A stretch of 64,000 nt of DNA from Oopsacas minuta (GCA_024704765.1 JAKMXF010000055.1:132353-196352), one strand, 5' to 3'; counted from the first letter of the stretch, positions 23,178 through 36,406 are shown. Numbers and translations are program-made. Notes: generated by a model not told the origin, from the sequence alone.

Positions 23178-25086
23178 CTATATAATGAATAAGGTTAGAT
23201 GTAAAGTATTCTTAAATTAGGCATTTCTGATGCCAAATATTTTATATTTTATATCCAGCGTTATGAAACACATGATAGAAGCGAGGCAAGATGGGAACAT
23301 GGATCCTTCGAATTTAAATGTGAATTTCAAACTAAAATCCTGACGACTCAATTTACCTATATGTATATGTTAGCGGCCGATATTGTTGTCGAGATATATT
23401 CTACGAATTTCTCAGTGTTGAGAAAGGTTAATTTGCTGGACAAGTAGTGTAAAGTCACTTTATATTCTGAGGGGAGAGGGTTTTAATACAAAAATCTCGC
23501 CGATTAAATCGTCCGCTGACATATAGTACGCATAAGTAAACCAAATCGATGTATATAATTCAGGCTCCAATTCAATTATTTATATATATTTTAAACTAAT
23601 TTATGCTAGCTAATCTGTAATCTATGATGCCAATATTTGTCTATTTTCAATTGTAGATTATGAATCTACCAGGATCAGAAGCGGCATAGATGCGTTCAGT
23701 ACTTGAATTTTCATTCGAAATATTAGTTTATAGATTCTAAATCCTGACAACCCTAATATTACTTTGGAGTATGCACAATTTCTTATAACCTGATTATTAT
23801 CTTGTTGAAATATTTATCATGAAAAGATACAGCAAATCTTACTCGACAATACACAAATGAGGTATTCAAGCGAATAGCCATTGAGGAAAAATAATTCTGT
23901 TCCCTCAATGACAGATACTGAATGCTAGAAATTCCTTTAAAAAATCTTATACCCATAACAAACTGACAGCACCTACAACGACAAAATTAATTCAATAAAC
24001 AAAAAATTGACATATTGAATTTCAAATGGGTTGGAAAGTAATTTAATACTGGATACTAGCCTCTTTCAAAAATGGTTCAGAGAATAAACTGGATAGACAT
24101 TGTTATCTCTGATTTAATCTATGAATTTACACCAATTTATTTAGTAATAACGTAAATGTGAATTTGATAATTTTACAATTGCTGATATTGCAATGATAGT
24201 ATCAGCAATTGTAGAATTATTAAATTCACTGCGATAGTTGATTCTAACTACAAAAGCTCTAATTCCTTAAAGATTTAGACATTGGAAGTTATACTATATG
24301 ATTATTTCACAAATAGATTTGGTGAATTTTTCGCAAATAATCAGAAAATTCTGAATAATATTGGTTATATACTCTCGTTACGCGGAATCTAGAGGATCGG
24401 GATAGTTACCAAGATATAAGCGGAGTTCAATATATAAACTGATGAAATTCATGTTACTTTGGTGGTTTGGGACTTATTTGTACAAATTCAGACTTCAATG
24501 CAAACGATCTTGACATATCCATGTTCGATATAACTGGAGTTGACTGTAATGTAGATAATAAATATGTTACAGTAAGGATACGGAATTAATCAAAATAAAT
24601 CAATTAGTGTAACATGTGTTGTTTTCTAACTCACTTTGTCCATGCACAATGTATTGAAGAGACAGTTGTAGCACTACATAGAGTAATAGTATACTGATTT
24701 TGAATTTCATAACGAAAAACAAATGCAATTTTATTTAATTATTAATTAAAGCAATAAATATCTAATTTTTATTGTAACAGATATATTATTACTAAAATTT
24801 ACTTTACTGCATAGAGCAGATATTTATAGATAATTTCATGACAAGGAAGACTATACGTGGAAACGATACTCTGTTTGTTATTTATGGCAAATAACTTGAT
24901 ATCTTGTTTATGACAATCCCAGTATATAACTCTGAAATGTAATGGGAAGGCTAAAGAGCTGAACTTTGAGAGCATAATTTAATCCTCACATACTTAAAGA
25001 CACAAATAGTTAATTTGTAATGTGGAAACACCCATTTAAGGGCGTGTTTATAAAGTATTATATTTATTGAAGAGTAATTTAATTAA

Positions 25087-26340
25087 TTAAGAAAGTAATC
25101 TGAATTTAATACTACTGAGAAAATTAATACGAAGATCAAAGTATTCTATCGTCTCATTCATCTGTATTGTCTTCTTCCCAATCTCAGAGGATTTATAGGT
25201 ATTTGTCTTTTTGAAAGCGTAGAATATTCTGCATAGAGTTATACAGAGTATTATAAAGTTGATGAATATTATGACGTACACAGGGGCAACAAACACATAT
25301 GCATATGCTAGGCTGTAATTTATGAAGCAAAGCTCTGTGCGTTCGTAAATATTATTATCGAAACCTAAAATGAGGTTTATGACAGGGATTAAAATAGGTG
25401 TGGTCCATCCAATCACAAAAAGTATTGGATGTATCATTCTTTTTCGCATTGTACCAAAATGAGAAATGTTGAAAAAATTACGTAGTAACAAAAGTGTTCA
25501 TAAATTTTTGAGAATTTGTCGTAGAGATTTTTGATGTATTTATTAATTGACGAGATTTGTGAAATAACAAGCTTTGGCAAAATTAATTCGATTTTTCTAA
25601 GAATAGTAAGTATCAAAAATTTCCGAAAAATATCTAAAGTACAGGGAAAATGCCGTAAAATATTGAATTATCGGGAAATGGCGGAAAAATATTCAAAATT
25701 ACAATTTTGTTCGTTATTTTCTGATATTTTCGATATTTTCAATATTTTTGAAATCCAGATATCGACATTCTCGATAAATATCAGAATATACGATACTCTA
25801 GAATTTTTCTTGATTTCCAAAATACCGGTATTAAAACTTGGAGTAATGTGTATATTGAACATGAATTACCTATGGTGATTGAGTATAAGATCAGTAATCC
25901 AATACAAAACATCCAGGAGAAAAGTGCTAACCATATATAGTGCATTAGAAAAGCGACAGCCTTGCACAAATCAACATTAACCCTGAATATCGAAGAAGAT
26001 AAAACAATGCCACATTTAAGAACATTGCAAGATGGCAGTTGAAGTAGACAACATTCGCTTCGATCTTGAAGAATCCTTTCCCAGCTGCGATAAATAGTAT
26101 TAGAGAAAGCAAAAGGCAAATTAAAGACAGGCTACTCAGAATATAACTTAAATAATCGCATGCAAAGGTAATTTAGTGCGTCATCTGTGGTGTATATGGT
26201 GATACAAGGACAGCGAAACTTGTCAAATATTTTTCATAACAATCAATAGAAGATTCATTGAATATATTCCCTGTAGTGACATTCAAGGTAGTAGTATTGA
26301 GAAACACAAAGGTAAATCATATAATGGATCATTTAGAGGA
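25087..26340 (-). pseudogene. Adhesion-type GPCR remnant (GPS end plus TM1-TM5)
   Basis: LTSFAVLV (GPS cleavage-site motif, ~26202-26225), TM1-2-like hydrophobic segments, CKAVAFLMHYIWLALFSWM (TM3), IGWTTP..Y....CF (TM4-ECL2) and FVAPVYVIIFINFIIL (TM5). In-frame stop and frameshifts. Confidence 0.75.
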
Positions 26341-26676
26341 TTTGCATTGAAGCTGATCTTAATCTATAGATGTAATTGGAATGATAAATGTGAGAAATAC
26401 TTCAATTATGGTGTAACTTTGTTTTGAATAATAAGTATATTCAGCACAAAATAGTCTCACATTTAGTTGTCAAATTTTTCATAGATTTTACTTGCTTTGA
26501 TTAATATTTCAATTTCCTATGAAATTTCATTTGCTCGTATGTAATACAGTGTAACTTCGACAAACGGGGACGCCAAAAAATGTTACCTAGTTCCCCCTTT
26601 ATGTCAAATTCCTCGTTTATGGCGGTTCATTTGTACGGTCTAGGAAAAACCTCAAATATATTTCACTCCGTTTCAA

Positions 26677-26732
26677 AAATTCCCCGTTTCCACAGGCTCT
26701 GTTTGTGGAGAGCCTGTGGAAACGGGGAATTT
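26677..26732. repeat. Perfect 24-bp inverted repeat with 8-nt loop
   Basis: AAATTCCCCGTTTCCACAGGCTCT-GTTTGTGG-AGAGCCTGTGGAAACGGGGAATTT. Confidence 0.9.
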
Positions 26733-27288
26733 TAGGAATCTGCCCAAATCAGCTTCTTCCGAAATACCCTCACGAACATCGTTTAGAATCTCTTCTTGTT
26801 CTATGCCTCCTACAACTTCTACCTAAAAGTTACGTAGACAAATCCAATAGCGTTGTGGGCATAACAATAGTAAGGAGTTGTTCTAGTATCATATTTAGTG
26901 TCTGTAGTCCAAGGAATAGAATGCTCTCATTAGAAACAGGCTGAAATTAGAATCTAGCAAGGTTGCAACTGAATATCAGTATTCGGTATTCGGTTGGACC
27001 AACCGAATAATATCAGTATTCAGTCAAGCAACTATTCATGAATACTGATGGTCGGTTCGATCGGTTTCAACCTTGGAATCTAGCCAATAATATTCAACAA
27101 CTCCACTTTGTGCATAGCAATTGATAATTCTATAAGGTGATACAGAAATATTTGTAATAATTATCGACATGCGATAGGATTGGTGATAGAAAGAAGATTA
27201 TCTAGAGAATTGATATCCTTCATTACATAGAGTATGATATACAATACTAATTAAATTCTAAGGCGTCTATAACATATTATCGTATTAA

Positions 27289-27423
27289 GGGGCTGTTCAT
27301 ACGCTACAAGGGGAGGGGTGGTATGCGAAATGTAGCACCTAATTTTTTGTATACAACAGTGAAAAGGCGTGACACAGGGAGGGGAGGGGTTAAGATTCAG
27401 AGAATTATTGTCTGAACTGCCCC
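27289..27423. mobile_element. Probable PIF/Harbinger-type MITE
   Basis: Imperfect TIR GGGGCTGTTCA / TGAACTGCCCC with TAA on both sides. Confidence 0.6.
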
Positions 27424-27452
27424 TAAACGTGTATATACGTTACCCGTGATTA

Positions 27453-28224
27453 TAGATTACTATATCATACAGATAGGAAAGTAGCCGAGGAACGAAAAGA
27501 ATGAGGGGCCATTTGTGTAAATCTGAAAATGTTAAATTAACCCTTCAAAATTTGTGAATTGAACTTTTTAGGGTTAGAAGATGTGAAGACTACCTAAAAA
27601 GTTCAAACGGTCATCCTTCATCTTGTTTAGACGCATTCAAATCAAGACATCAAAATTCACACAAATGTTCATCAAAAGTAGAATTTTTGTACTTTTTGAA
27701 ATTCTTGTATTTTGGTGAATTAATGCCCTCTATTTATTCATATGATATATAGAATTAGCACATTTTCTTTAGAATTGAATTCGTATCACATCATCATATC
27801 ATATTTTTGAAAATTCATAAATCTATTTTTGATAAATATATTATTTTCATGTCTATGAAATATTTCATAAATTTTTCTTCCAAAAAGCTATCTTTAAAAC
27901 ATGGATTTAACTTGAGTTTGAAGTACATGTACGTATTCAAACATTATTAGTATAAAGTTAAATAAACTACATTTTGAACAAAAATATTCGAGAAAATAGT
28001 CAAATTATATAAATGCTAACGTCATCGCATAAATCGCGCCTAAACGAGATGAAGGATGGCCGGTGGACTTGTTAAGTTGTCTTAACTGATCCTTACATTG
28101 TCCAACCTAAAATGTTCAATTCACAAATTTGAAGGGTTAATTTCACTTTTGTCAGATGTATATAAAGGCCTCTCGATTTATTCGTAGCTCGACTACCTTC
28201 CTATCTGTATGATATAGTAGTCTA
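27453..28224. mobile_element. Foldback-like element with ~190-bp imperfect TIRs
   Basis: 27453-27640 matches the reverse complement of ~28035-28224 (e.g. ACTATATCATACAGATAGGAA, TTAACCCTTCAAA, CATCCTTCATCT). The interior is AT-rich and non-coding. Confidence 0.75.
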
Positions 28225-28543
28225 TGTCGTGATCTATATGAACTTCTTATCTGTCTATGCTAATCTCGAAAGGGTCGTATTATACGTGCTATGTTCAAGT
28301 TAAACAACACAGTGTTCTGTGCCGACAGCAAAGTATATTAATAGAATTTTACTACAATGCAACTATAAATTTGAGGCACTGTGTATTGAGGGGAAGAAAG
28401 GTTTTGACCATGCATTGGGTGATCTCGTTTGACTCCCTGGTGTTGAAAATCTGTCAAGTACTATCTTATGTTCAATGAGCACTATTAATGCAAATAATTG
28501 TTTTAAACATCCTAAACAATTACAACCCAAACGTATGATGATA

Positions 28544-28643
28544 CAGTGGAACCTGTATATTCCGACACCTTTATAATCCAGAAGACCCCTATAATCCAAC
28601 ATATTTCATGTCCCAAAGGGTGTTGAATTACCAGGTTCCACTG
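28544..28643. mobile_element. 100-bp Tc1/pogo-type MITE
   Basis: TIR CAGTGGAACCTG / CAGGTTCCACTG with TA on both sides. Confidence 0.8.
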
Positions 28644-28875
28644 TAAATCAAAATATTGATAAAAGTTGTCAAAACTTTATGAAATATACTAATAATTGTG
28701 CGAAGAGCACTTTTGGAGGAAAAGATGCATTCGCGAACCGCGGAGCACAAAAGAAGCGAAGCGTGCTTGTTATTATGATACTGTCAAACAACCAATTTCT
28801 GCACTTACAACGCAAATTTCTCAAATAAAAAATCGCAAAAATGAAATAGTAGTGCTAGTTCACGAAATATACGTA

Positions 28876-30226
28876 TTACAACTCACCACTCTCTAATAGT
28901 CCAATTTGACCAGTAGAGTTAGTTTCAGAACCTAGGATACCAGTTGTGTTATTGGAATTTTTATTATTATCTTGCAGCGGTTTGAGTTGTCCCTTTCTTC
29001 CCAGTGTTCTAGGCCTATGCTGTGCTAATATGCCAGTAGAAGAATCACTGTTACGATGAAATGGTTTGGTTTGTTGATATTGGAAAGGTTTTACTGTGTT
29101 GTAGCCTGTTCCAGCTGTTGTAGGCGGTGATAGGATATATTGGAGGTCTAAATGGGGATCAGGAGGCAATTTTGGTACGGCGTTTGTTGTGATAGAGCCT
29201 CGAGATTGCAATGGAAACGTCTAATTTGAATTGCATTACGTAATGTTTTGTAATCTGAATGTTTGAGAAGAGATGAAGCTGTGTTGAATGGATTCGGTTT
29301 TTGTAATTGTAAATTATTAAGAAAAATTGGTAGAATACTATCATTCTATAATTTACTGTTTTCTTATAAACAGGCTGTAATGATGGAAATGCATTATATA
29401 GAGCTGGTAACTGTGGTCTTATACCAGAACTTGTTCGTGAACTCTGTATGGAAGCTATTAATTGTGAATGGCGGTTTGTTCGACAGAATTCTATCAGTGG
29501 TTCCATCAATGGCGTTAAATACTCCTACAATTGTTCAAATACAGTTTCTAATATAACTTCCTTGATACATGAGTTTGGACTAACCGGTGGAAATTTGCTG
29601 CGCTTTTCCACAGCTTTCGAATTCTTACCATCTGGAGATGTCGGTGAAGAGTCAAACGCAAAATATTCCTCATACACACCCGCTTGATGTAAAATCTCCT
29701 CACTCAATGGTGAAACATAGAAATTCATACATGAACCTATTAATTCCAACATATTTATTTCTGGATAGATTGCTGAAGTTTCATATGGCGTAGCTCTATC
29801 TGTTTCTATTAATTGTATAAAGTCCTCTGTAGATGGTAAAATTTGATGGCCAACTACTCGCAAATGTGGAAAGTACTTTTGCCAAACTTTGCATTCTGTA
29901 ATTAAATTTTCTTGTATAAGATTAGCATTAAAATCAGAATTTAGGTATGAATGGCATTGAATATTTTCGTATAATTGCAATACTTTTTTGGTTGCGTTTT
30001 GTTCAAATTCACTTTCTACGTCTCCCCAGCTGAATGCGAAACTACTATCACCAGATTGGGTTGTATCTAAGTTCGAAGATTCCCAGTTTCTTGCATGTCC
30101 TTTAAATGGCCGTGAAGGAAATCGATGAACATTGATAGGCTTGACGATTCTATAATGGAGGAAGTATAATGTTCTAAAAAAGAAGAAAATGTGGCTAGAA
30201 TCGGGACTTTTGAACAAATTAGTCAT
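28876..30226 (-). CDS. FAM149: FAM149-like (DUF3719) protein with one in-frame TAG at 29525-29527
   Basis: SFAFSWG..EFEQNATKKV..ECKVWQKYFPHLRVVGHQI, EEYFAFD and FPPVSP..CIKE..FEQL. The frame continues after the TAG and splices (GT near 29326, AG near 29222) to 28876-29221. Confidence 0.7.
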
Positions 30227-30989
30227 TGAAACGTTTACTTACCAAACCTTGTAATAATTTCTCGGGATTTTAGAAAATTTTCATGGATTTCCAAGTTTAA
30301 CATCCATAAATAGTAATTTCAGGCTTTGATTTGGGTAATAAGGCACATAAATTCAAATATTTCGTTGGAATCTCAAAATCTTCCAGAGATTTCATGTAAA
30401 ATCTCAGGATAATCCAGTGGATTGGAAAATATGGAAACATGTTCAAATTACTAGAATTTTAACTGAAATATTGAAAGCTAGGTAAGACCTGTAAAATCAC
30501 CTGTATCCGTAAATGAAGCATTCTCATCAAAAGGAGTGATTGAATATATTTTGTATGATCCACTTTCCCTGTAAATCTAGGTGTGGAATTGTTAAGTTAC
30601 CGGAAGTTTAACGGCATTCGGATTCGATCGCGTGCAGGCATCTCGCATCATAATACTATCAAAGATATTATAATGAAATGTGATAGGAAATATACTACAG
30701 AATTGATTTTCCCGTATTCGAACTTGTAATTGATATAAAACATTTGGATTCAATTTAACATAAGAATTCTTCTCTGGATATTGAAAATATACCAAAAAAT
30801 GTGTAGCAAATTCAAGAAATTCATCATTAAACTGCCAAAACCGTCAGGTTTTGCGATTTTTCAAGAGTAAAAGTCACATTCCTATTAGTATTCTTCATAG
30901 TCTATGCACATTTCTACGGACTATATTTTCTACTTGGCAACATAACAGCGATTTTAGTTAAAAAACGTTAATGATTGCGCAGTCTATAC

Positions 30990-32254
30990 ATTGAGTGATT
31001 ACACACTACCATCTCTTCCATACAGCTTAACATGGACATTTGCTCCATCCCTGGCTATATAGCAGATTGCTTTTGGGGAAGACAGAAGGTAATTTCAGGC
31101 TGTTTTCTATTCTCATTTATTGCACATTTATGTTACTAATTCTCGAATCAGCAAGGATAAATTTACACACGGTTACTGTGGTATTGTAGTTCTAATATAC
31201 TCTATTTCCTATGTATTATTAGCCTTAGGATCGAGTGGGCTATTAGCTATAATGATATCTTATGGTGTGGATCAATTGCAAGGTACTGGTGAATTTACTT
31301 TAAGTAATTATTTCTATTGGTATGTTTGGTGTACCTTTGCTGCTAAAATGACCATATATGGTCAACATTTCAATACGGTAGAACTACAAGTGGTGTGGCA
31401 GAGGGGCTTTCGATTTTAAGCAATGGATATATTGCAATTTGTATATTCAAATTCTCACAAATATGAAATATTCTCGTTCCAGTAGTACCAATTCTAAACC
31501 CATTAAAATTAATCTAACAGTCAGATCCTACATTGAAAATGTATTCCAAACGACAATGGATTGATTATGCTACAATTGACTTCGATGGAAGATTCTCACA
31601 TGAACATGTGAATAGCGTAAACGCTTATAAACATGCTACCGATAATGTTTTGCCTTATATGGATATACTCTATTACAAATGAATTCCCTTACGATCTCTT
31701 CATTGCAGAAGGTGCGCAAATGATTGCAACAAATTCATCAGTTTCTGACGCTGAAACTTTTAGCTACGTCACGACAGGACTAACTATACTAGTTATAATA
31801 CCAATCATAGAGATTCCATGGATTGGTATTAAGATCACGAAAATTCTACCTACAATTCTATCAAGATTATTCTTTGGAACTTTGGTGCTTAAGATTGCCT
31901 ACCTTTTGCATGCATAATTGAATTAACCAGGCTAGTTAACTGTGATTCCATGGCATCAGGTATATACCAATTGAAGTGCAAATCCCTTAATATATTCTTA
32001 TTAGCATCGGTTCTGTATTTATACTTTCAAATTCTTTTGAATTTGTGTGTGCACAGACTCCACTTATGATGAAAGGGATTTTTTTGGGAGTTTTAAGTGC
32101 AATGTATGGTATAGGATCTATGTTACCAAGTTTAAATTACGAAATTCTAGCACAATTTGATAAAGGAAAGGAGTTTCAATGCAAAGACACAATAATAGCA
32201 ATTTATCAAACTGATATGCTTGATCAATGTGTTGGCAAATGCACAAAGAGTTAA
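30990..32254 (+). pseudogene. SLC15/POT-family oligopeptide transporter pseudogene
   Basis: Fragments IPGYIADCFWGRQK, YGVDQLQG..YFYWYVW, ILVIIPIIE, LSRLFFG and CAQTPLMMKGIFLG lie in different frames. Confidence 0.7.
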
Positions 32255-32543
32255 CGAAACAAATTATTGGAGTTGAGGTAATAAACAGTGGTGTCCTGCT
32301 AAGTATGGGAGCGGGATTTTAGGGAAGGCGCATTAAATCGAATTTTGGTGTTGTCATTGGGTCAAATCTCATTTGTTGTCTTTAGGCCAACACATGTACG
32401 TGGTAGGTTTCAAAATATCTTCTCATTTATAATCATCCAATACAAGATTATCATACGGAAGTTTATGTAATTCAGCTTAAGTGCAAGAGAATAGCTGAAA
32501 CCTCTCAACACAACCTGAGGCAAATATTCAATGATACCACGAA

Positions 32544-32767
32544 CAAACTTACCAACTCTCCAGGGATCCCTGGATTACCCCGGGATTTCACTTCAAATCC
32601 AGGGAAAAATTTTGAAATTCCCGGGAAATTTTGCTATATTTTGCTATATTTCTTGATATTTTCGGGTGTAATCGGGGGAATATCGTGAAATCCACGAAAA
32701 ATATTGGAAATCCAGGGATTTGGCAACGAAAATCCAGGGAAATTTGCAAAAGGGGTTGGTAAGTCTG
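32544..32767. mobile_element. MITE-like element with internal AAATCCAGGGA-type subrepeats
   Basis: Imperfect 16-bp TIR CAAACTTACCAACTCT / GGGGTTGGTAAGTCTG. No clean TSD found. Confidence 0.5.
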
Positions 32768-34107
32768 CACGAGGTCAGATCCTTCAGCTTCACAAGTCAT
32801 GTTCGGTCAAGGAATATACTACAACCTATGATTCCTCAATCTGCAGCTGAATTTTGTGAAGTTCTGCCAACAAAAAACTTTGCCGTAAACCATCAATGTA
32901 GATGTTCGGGTAGCTGGAATTTTCTTTTACGACAAATTATATGATTTCCTCGCTGATATCACTAATAAGCAAGTTTATCCTGGAATTAGAATGAATGGGC
33001 GCTGGTTCTATAATAGATAAACTTTTTGGAGAAAACTCAAAAATATGGATTGTCTTTGATATTTCGAGGCAATTCTGAATTGACAATATTCATTAAGATT
33101 ATAGCAATTCCTTTCTTCCTAGAGATTTGATTCTTCCAACTTACTCCCTCTTCAAATTCCTAAGTTAGAACAAAACGAGATGAGCAAACTTAGGCATTTT
33201 TGAATTATTTCAGTAAAAGTGGCTGACAAAAATTACTCCTGAAAAGCTTTCAATCTTCAATTAGGAAAATGTAACGAATAATGGAGCAGAGAGCTACCAT
33301 GGAAATCTAAAGTCCATTAAAAATCATTGCATCCCAGAACTTAATCACAGTCATTAATGATATATTCGCTGATTATAATAATGAGATGATCCGAATTCAT
33401 TAAGGAAAGGAAACTACGATATCAGGTAAAAGAAGCACCTAGTAAATAACGAACGGGGAAAGCAATGTAAAGAGAAACTGTTAAGTGGGAGTTATACTCT
33501 CATACAATTTCTCCAAAACATTAGTTATTCTTTGGGCAATGCCACTTCAACTACACTTTCAGATTATTCTGAAATATAAATAAATGTAGAGTCAGAACCA
33601 GATTGCATTCAAAGAAATCAATACGACTTCTGTCTACAACCCAGGAGCAGCACGTGGTTATCCATTCCTTGTAAGCAAGTTGTCCAACTTGCATGAAATT
33701 GAAGACCAAATCCAATTTTTCTTAATTAATTGTCAGTTTCCTGACATTACATTCAGCCATACTATAGCACTTTAGTCTCTATTATTTTAAGAAATGTCCT
33801 GCCGACAGGCTGGTAGTACAGCTCAGGCTCATGTATTGTGTTCTTTCTGGGGGAGCACGCCTCCCTCTACCCCCCTTGCGTAAATGCGGCAATGCACCGA
33901 ACCCAACTGATTTCGGGATCCTCGATCTGATATAAATTTCAGGATATTTAATATTTTTCGCCCCCATATGTACTTCATGTTCTATCCCAAATCCTATGGA
34001 GAAAATTCCGAATAATTATCCTACAATTACCCTCCGTCTAACTTTTGAAACGAAATATCTAGCATCAATTTAAATATGTGCAAAAAGGTGTAAAAATATG
34101 ATAAAAA

Positions 34108-34753
34108 TCTATATTATTAAATCTCAATGATTGTTTGTCTGTTTGTATGTCCGTTGTCAAGGAAAGGATTTACGGTATGAAATTTTGAAAATGTCGCATA
34201 ACTATGTATTTATCGTGTTTATCAAGGAAGTAAATAGAATTCAATAAAACTTCACTAAATATATCGAACATCCTGAATCCGATTTTCACACTTTTGGATT
34301 AATCATGTGTAACTTTGTTGTTGTTTTTATGAATATACAGTAAACAAATTATCCAAAGCTCAAAATACACGTAGAGCCTTGCTCTAAACGGCTACCCAGG
34401 GGTAAGTAAGTACGCTGAATCAGAATTTCGCATTTTAAGTTTCTCATATACAAATTCATTGTTGTTTTCATGAATATAAAGTAAACAAATTTTAAAATTG
34501 AGGTAGAATCATACTTCCAACGACTATCCTGGGCTATTCGAGTATGCTGAGCCCGAATATGGTATTGTAAACAACAAATTGTGAAAATTGAGGTTGAATC
34601 ATACTTTCAACTAATATACTGGTATACTCGAGTATGCCGAGTCTGAATTCAATATTATTTAATCTCAATTGTTATTTGTCTGTTTGTTTGTCCGATGAAT
34701 ACCTGGAGGTGCGATGTGCCGAGTTCATCGCGAAGCGATGAACTAAAGGCTCG
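34108..34753 (+). mobile_element. Non-autonomous Helitron-like repeat, longer (compound) copy
   Basis: A|TCTATATT start, TCATCGC-GAA-GCGATGA hairpin and GGCTCG|T end. Confidence 0.6.
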
Positions 34754-35094
34754 TGTTGATATAAATTTTAAAATTGTAATTTTGGGACCTCATACTCGAT
34801 TACCCTTAATTAGCAGTAGAACGAAATCTTTAGCGTGGTTTTGAATAATATGCAAAAATGTGTAAAATTATGATAAATCTGTGAATTTGTGACTTTCAGA
34901 CTGTGATTCTCAAAGTCAGACTCTACGCACTCAATAACCCCTGATTTAGGGTAATTTCTTTAGTTTGTGTGATGTTTCGTCCAAGACTCAAACTTGTCCG
35001 AGCCAAGCCCAAAATACCCCTGTATGCCATAATTCAGCCCTAAGGGTCTTCCAGTTTCTTCAATCGATTCTGGACATAAAAACATATATATATA

Positions 35095-36406
35095 CAGGGT
35101 GACCCATAAATAATGTTACTCATTGATTTTACTCTAAATACCATAGTATTGTTGTAAATGCTTTGAAATTTTCACTATACGCTGTTTGATAAATACTTTA
35201 AACATAAATAATTTATCATTCAAATATATCACCCTTTGCACTGACACAGCTCCCAAGACGTCTGATAAACGAGTCTATGCTAACACAAAGGTGATCCTCA
35301 GGAATTCTTTCCCATTCTCGAATCAAGGTTCTCTTTAACTCTTCAATAGTCAGGTATTTTTTCGAGTTAACCTTGTCCTCCAATATCGACCAGATTGAAA
35401 AGTCAAGAGGATTGAGATTGCCGAACACGGTGGCCACTCTTCGGATGAAATTAACTCCGGGAAATTGGCTCTGCACCAAGCCTGTTTGTCTTTAGCCTTA
35501 TGGGCAGGAGCAGAATCCTGTCGGAAGGTCCATTCTCTATTACCAAAGTAATCTTTGGCCCATGGCTTTACTACAGCTTCGAGAATTGTGTTACGATAAA
35601 TTTTCTGATAAATTTTCACCCCCATGGGGATAGAAATCAGCGGTGTCCGACCATCTAAAGTCACCCCCGCCCAAACCATCACAGAAGCTGACTTTTGGGT
35701 CCTAGAAACTCGAAAAGTGGCCTGAGGTATTCTATTCCTATCAGTAGCGAGAATTCTGTTGTTTTGTTTGTTTACAACCTCTTATACTGTGAAGAATTTC
35801 TCATTACTGAAGAGAATTTGTTTGTGACATCCATCAGTGAAACGTGATATCATGGCTTTGCATCTTTTCAGTCATTTTTTTTTGCTTAGCTGATTGAAGA
35901 ACTGGCGTTTGCGTAACTTGTATGCTTTCATCCCTATATCATTACGAACTAGTTTACGCATCGATTTCCTGCTCGTATTCACTTCCTTAGCCATCTTTGT
36001 GAAGCTCCTGGCTGGATTTCGCCGGATTCTCTGCGAAATATTTTTTGTCACAGAAAATGTCCCTACAGTTCGAGGTCGGCCAAGTCGAGGTCTTTCAGCA
36101 ATGCTTCCTGTATCATTGCAACGGGACAGGGTGCGAAACACGAACATTTTGTTCGTTTTGAGCAATCAAACAATTTGGCTCTTGGTGTTTCCTGCCTCAA
36201 AAAGTTGGATAACAGGTGATCTTTTGGACTCCAATGGCAAACAGCAGGCAAAATACAAAAATATCTAAAGTAGAAATGAAAACTGTGTTTAGAATGAATA
36301 TATTGGCATGTTGGAATGAGACAACATCAAACGAGTACTAGTAACATTTATAAAAAGAGCCTATGGTAGATAAATATCTTGGTAACAGTATTTATGGCTC
36401 ATCCTG
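35095..36406 (-). mobile_element. Tc1/mariner element of maT (DD37D) type, 1312 bp
   Basis: 25-bp TIR CAGGGTGACCCATAAATAATGTTAC (3 mismatches) and TA TSDs. Confidence 0.9.
35216..36240 (-). pseudogene. maT-type DD37D transposase, fragmented
   Basis: RLGRPRT, VMVWAGVT and FRQDSAPAHKAK..WPP[fs]LNPLDFSIW. Repairing one frameshift gives 37 residues between the second and third Asp. Confidence 0.8.

Noticed and set aside
23640-24360. Coding-like plus-strand stretch
   Set aside because: Many stops in all frames and no recognisable motif, so no product can be supported.
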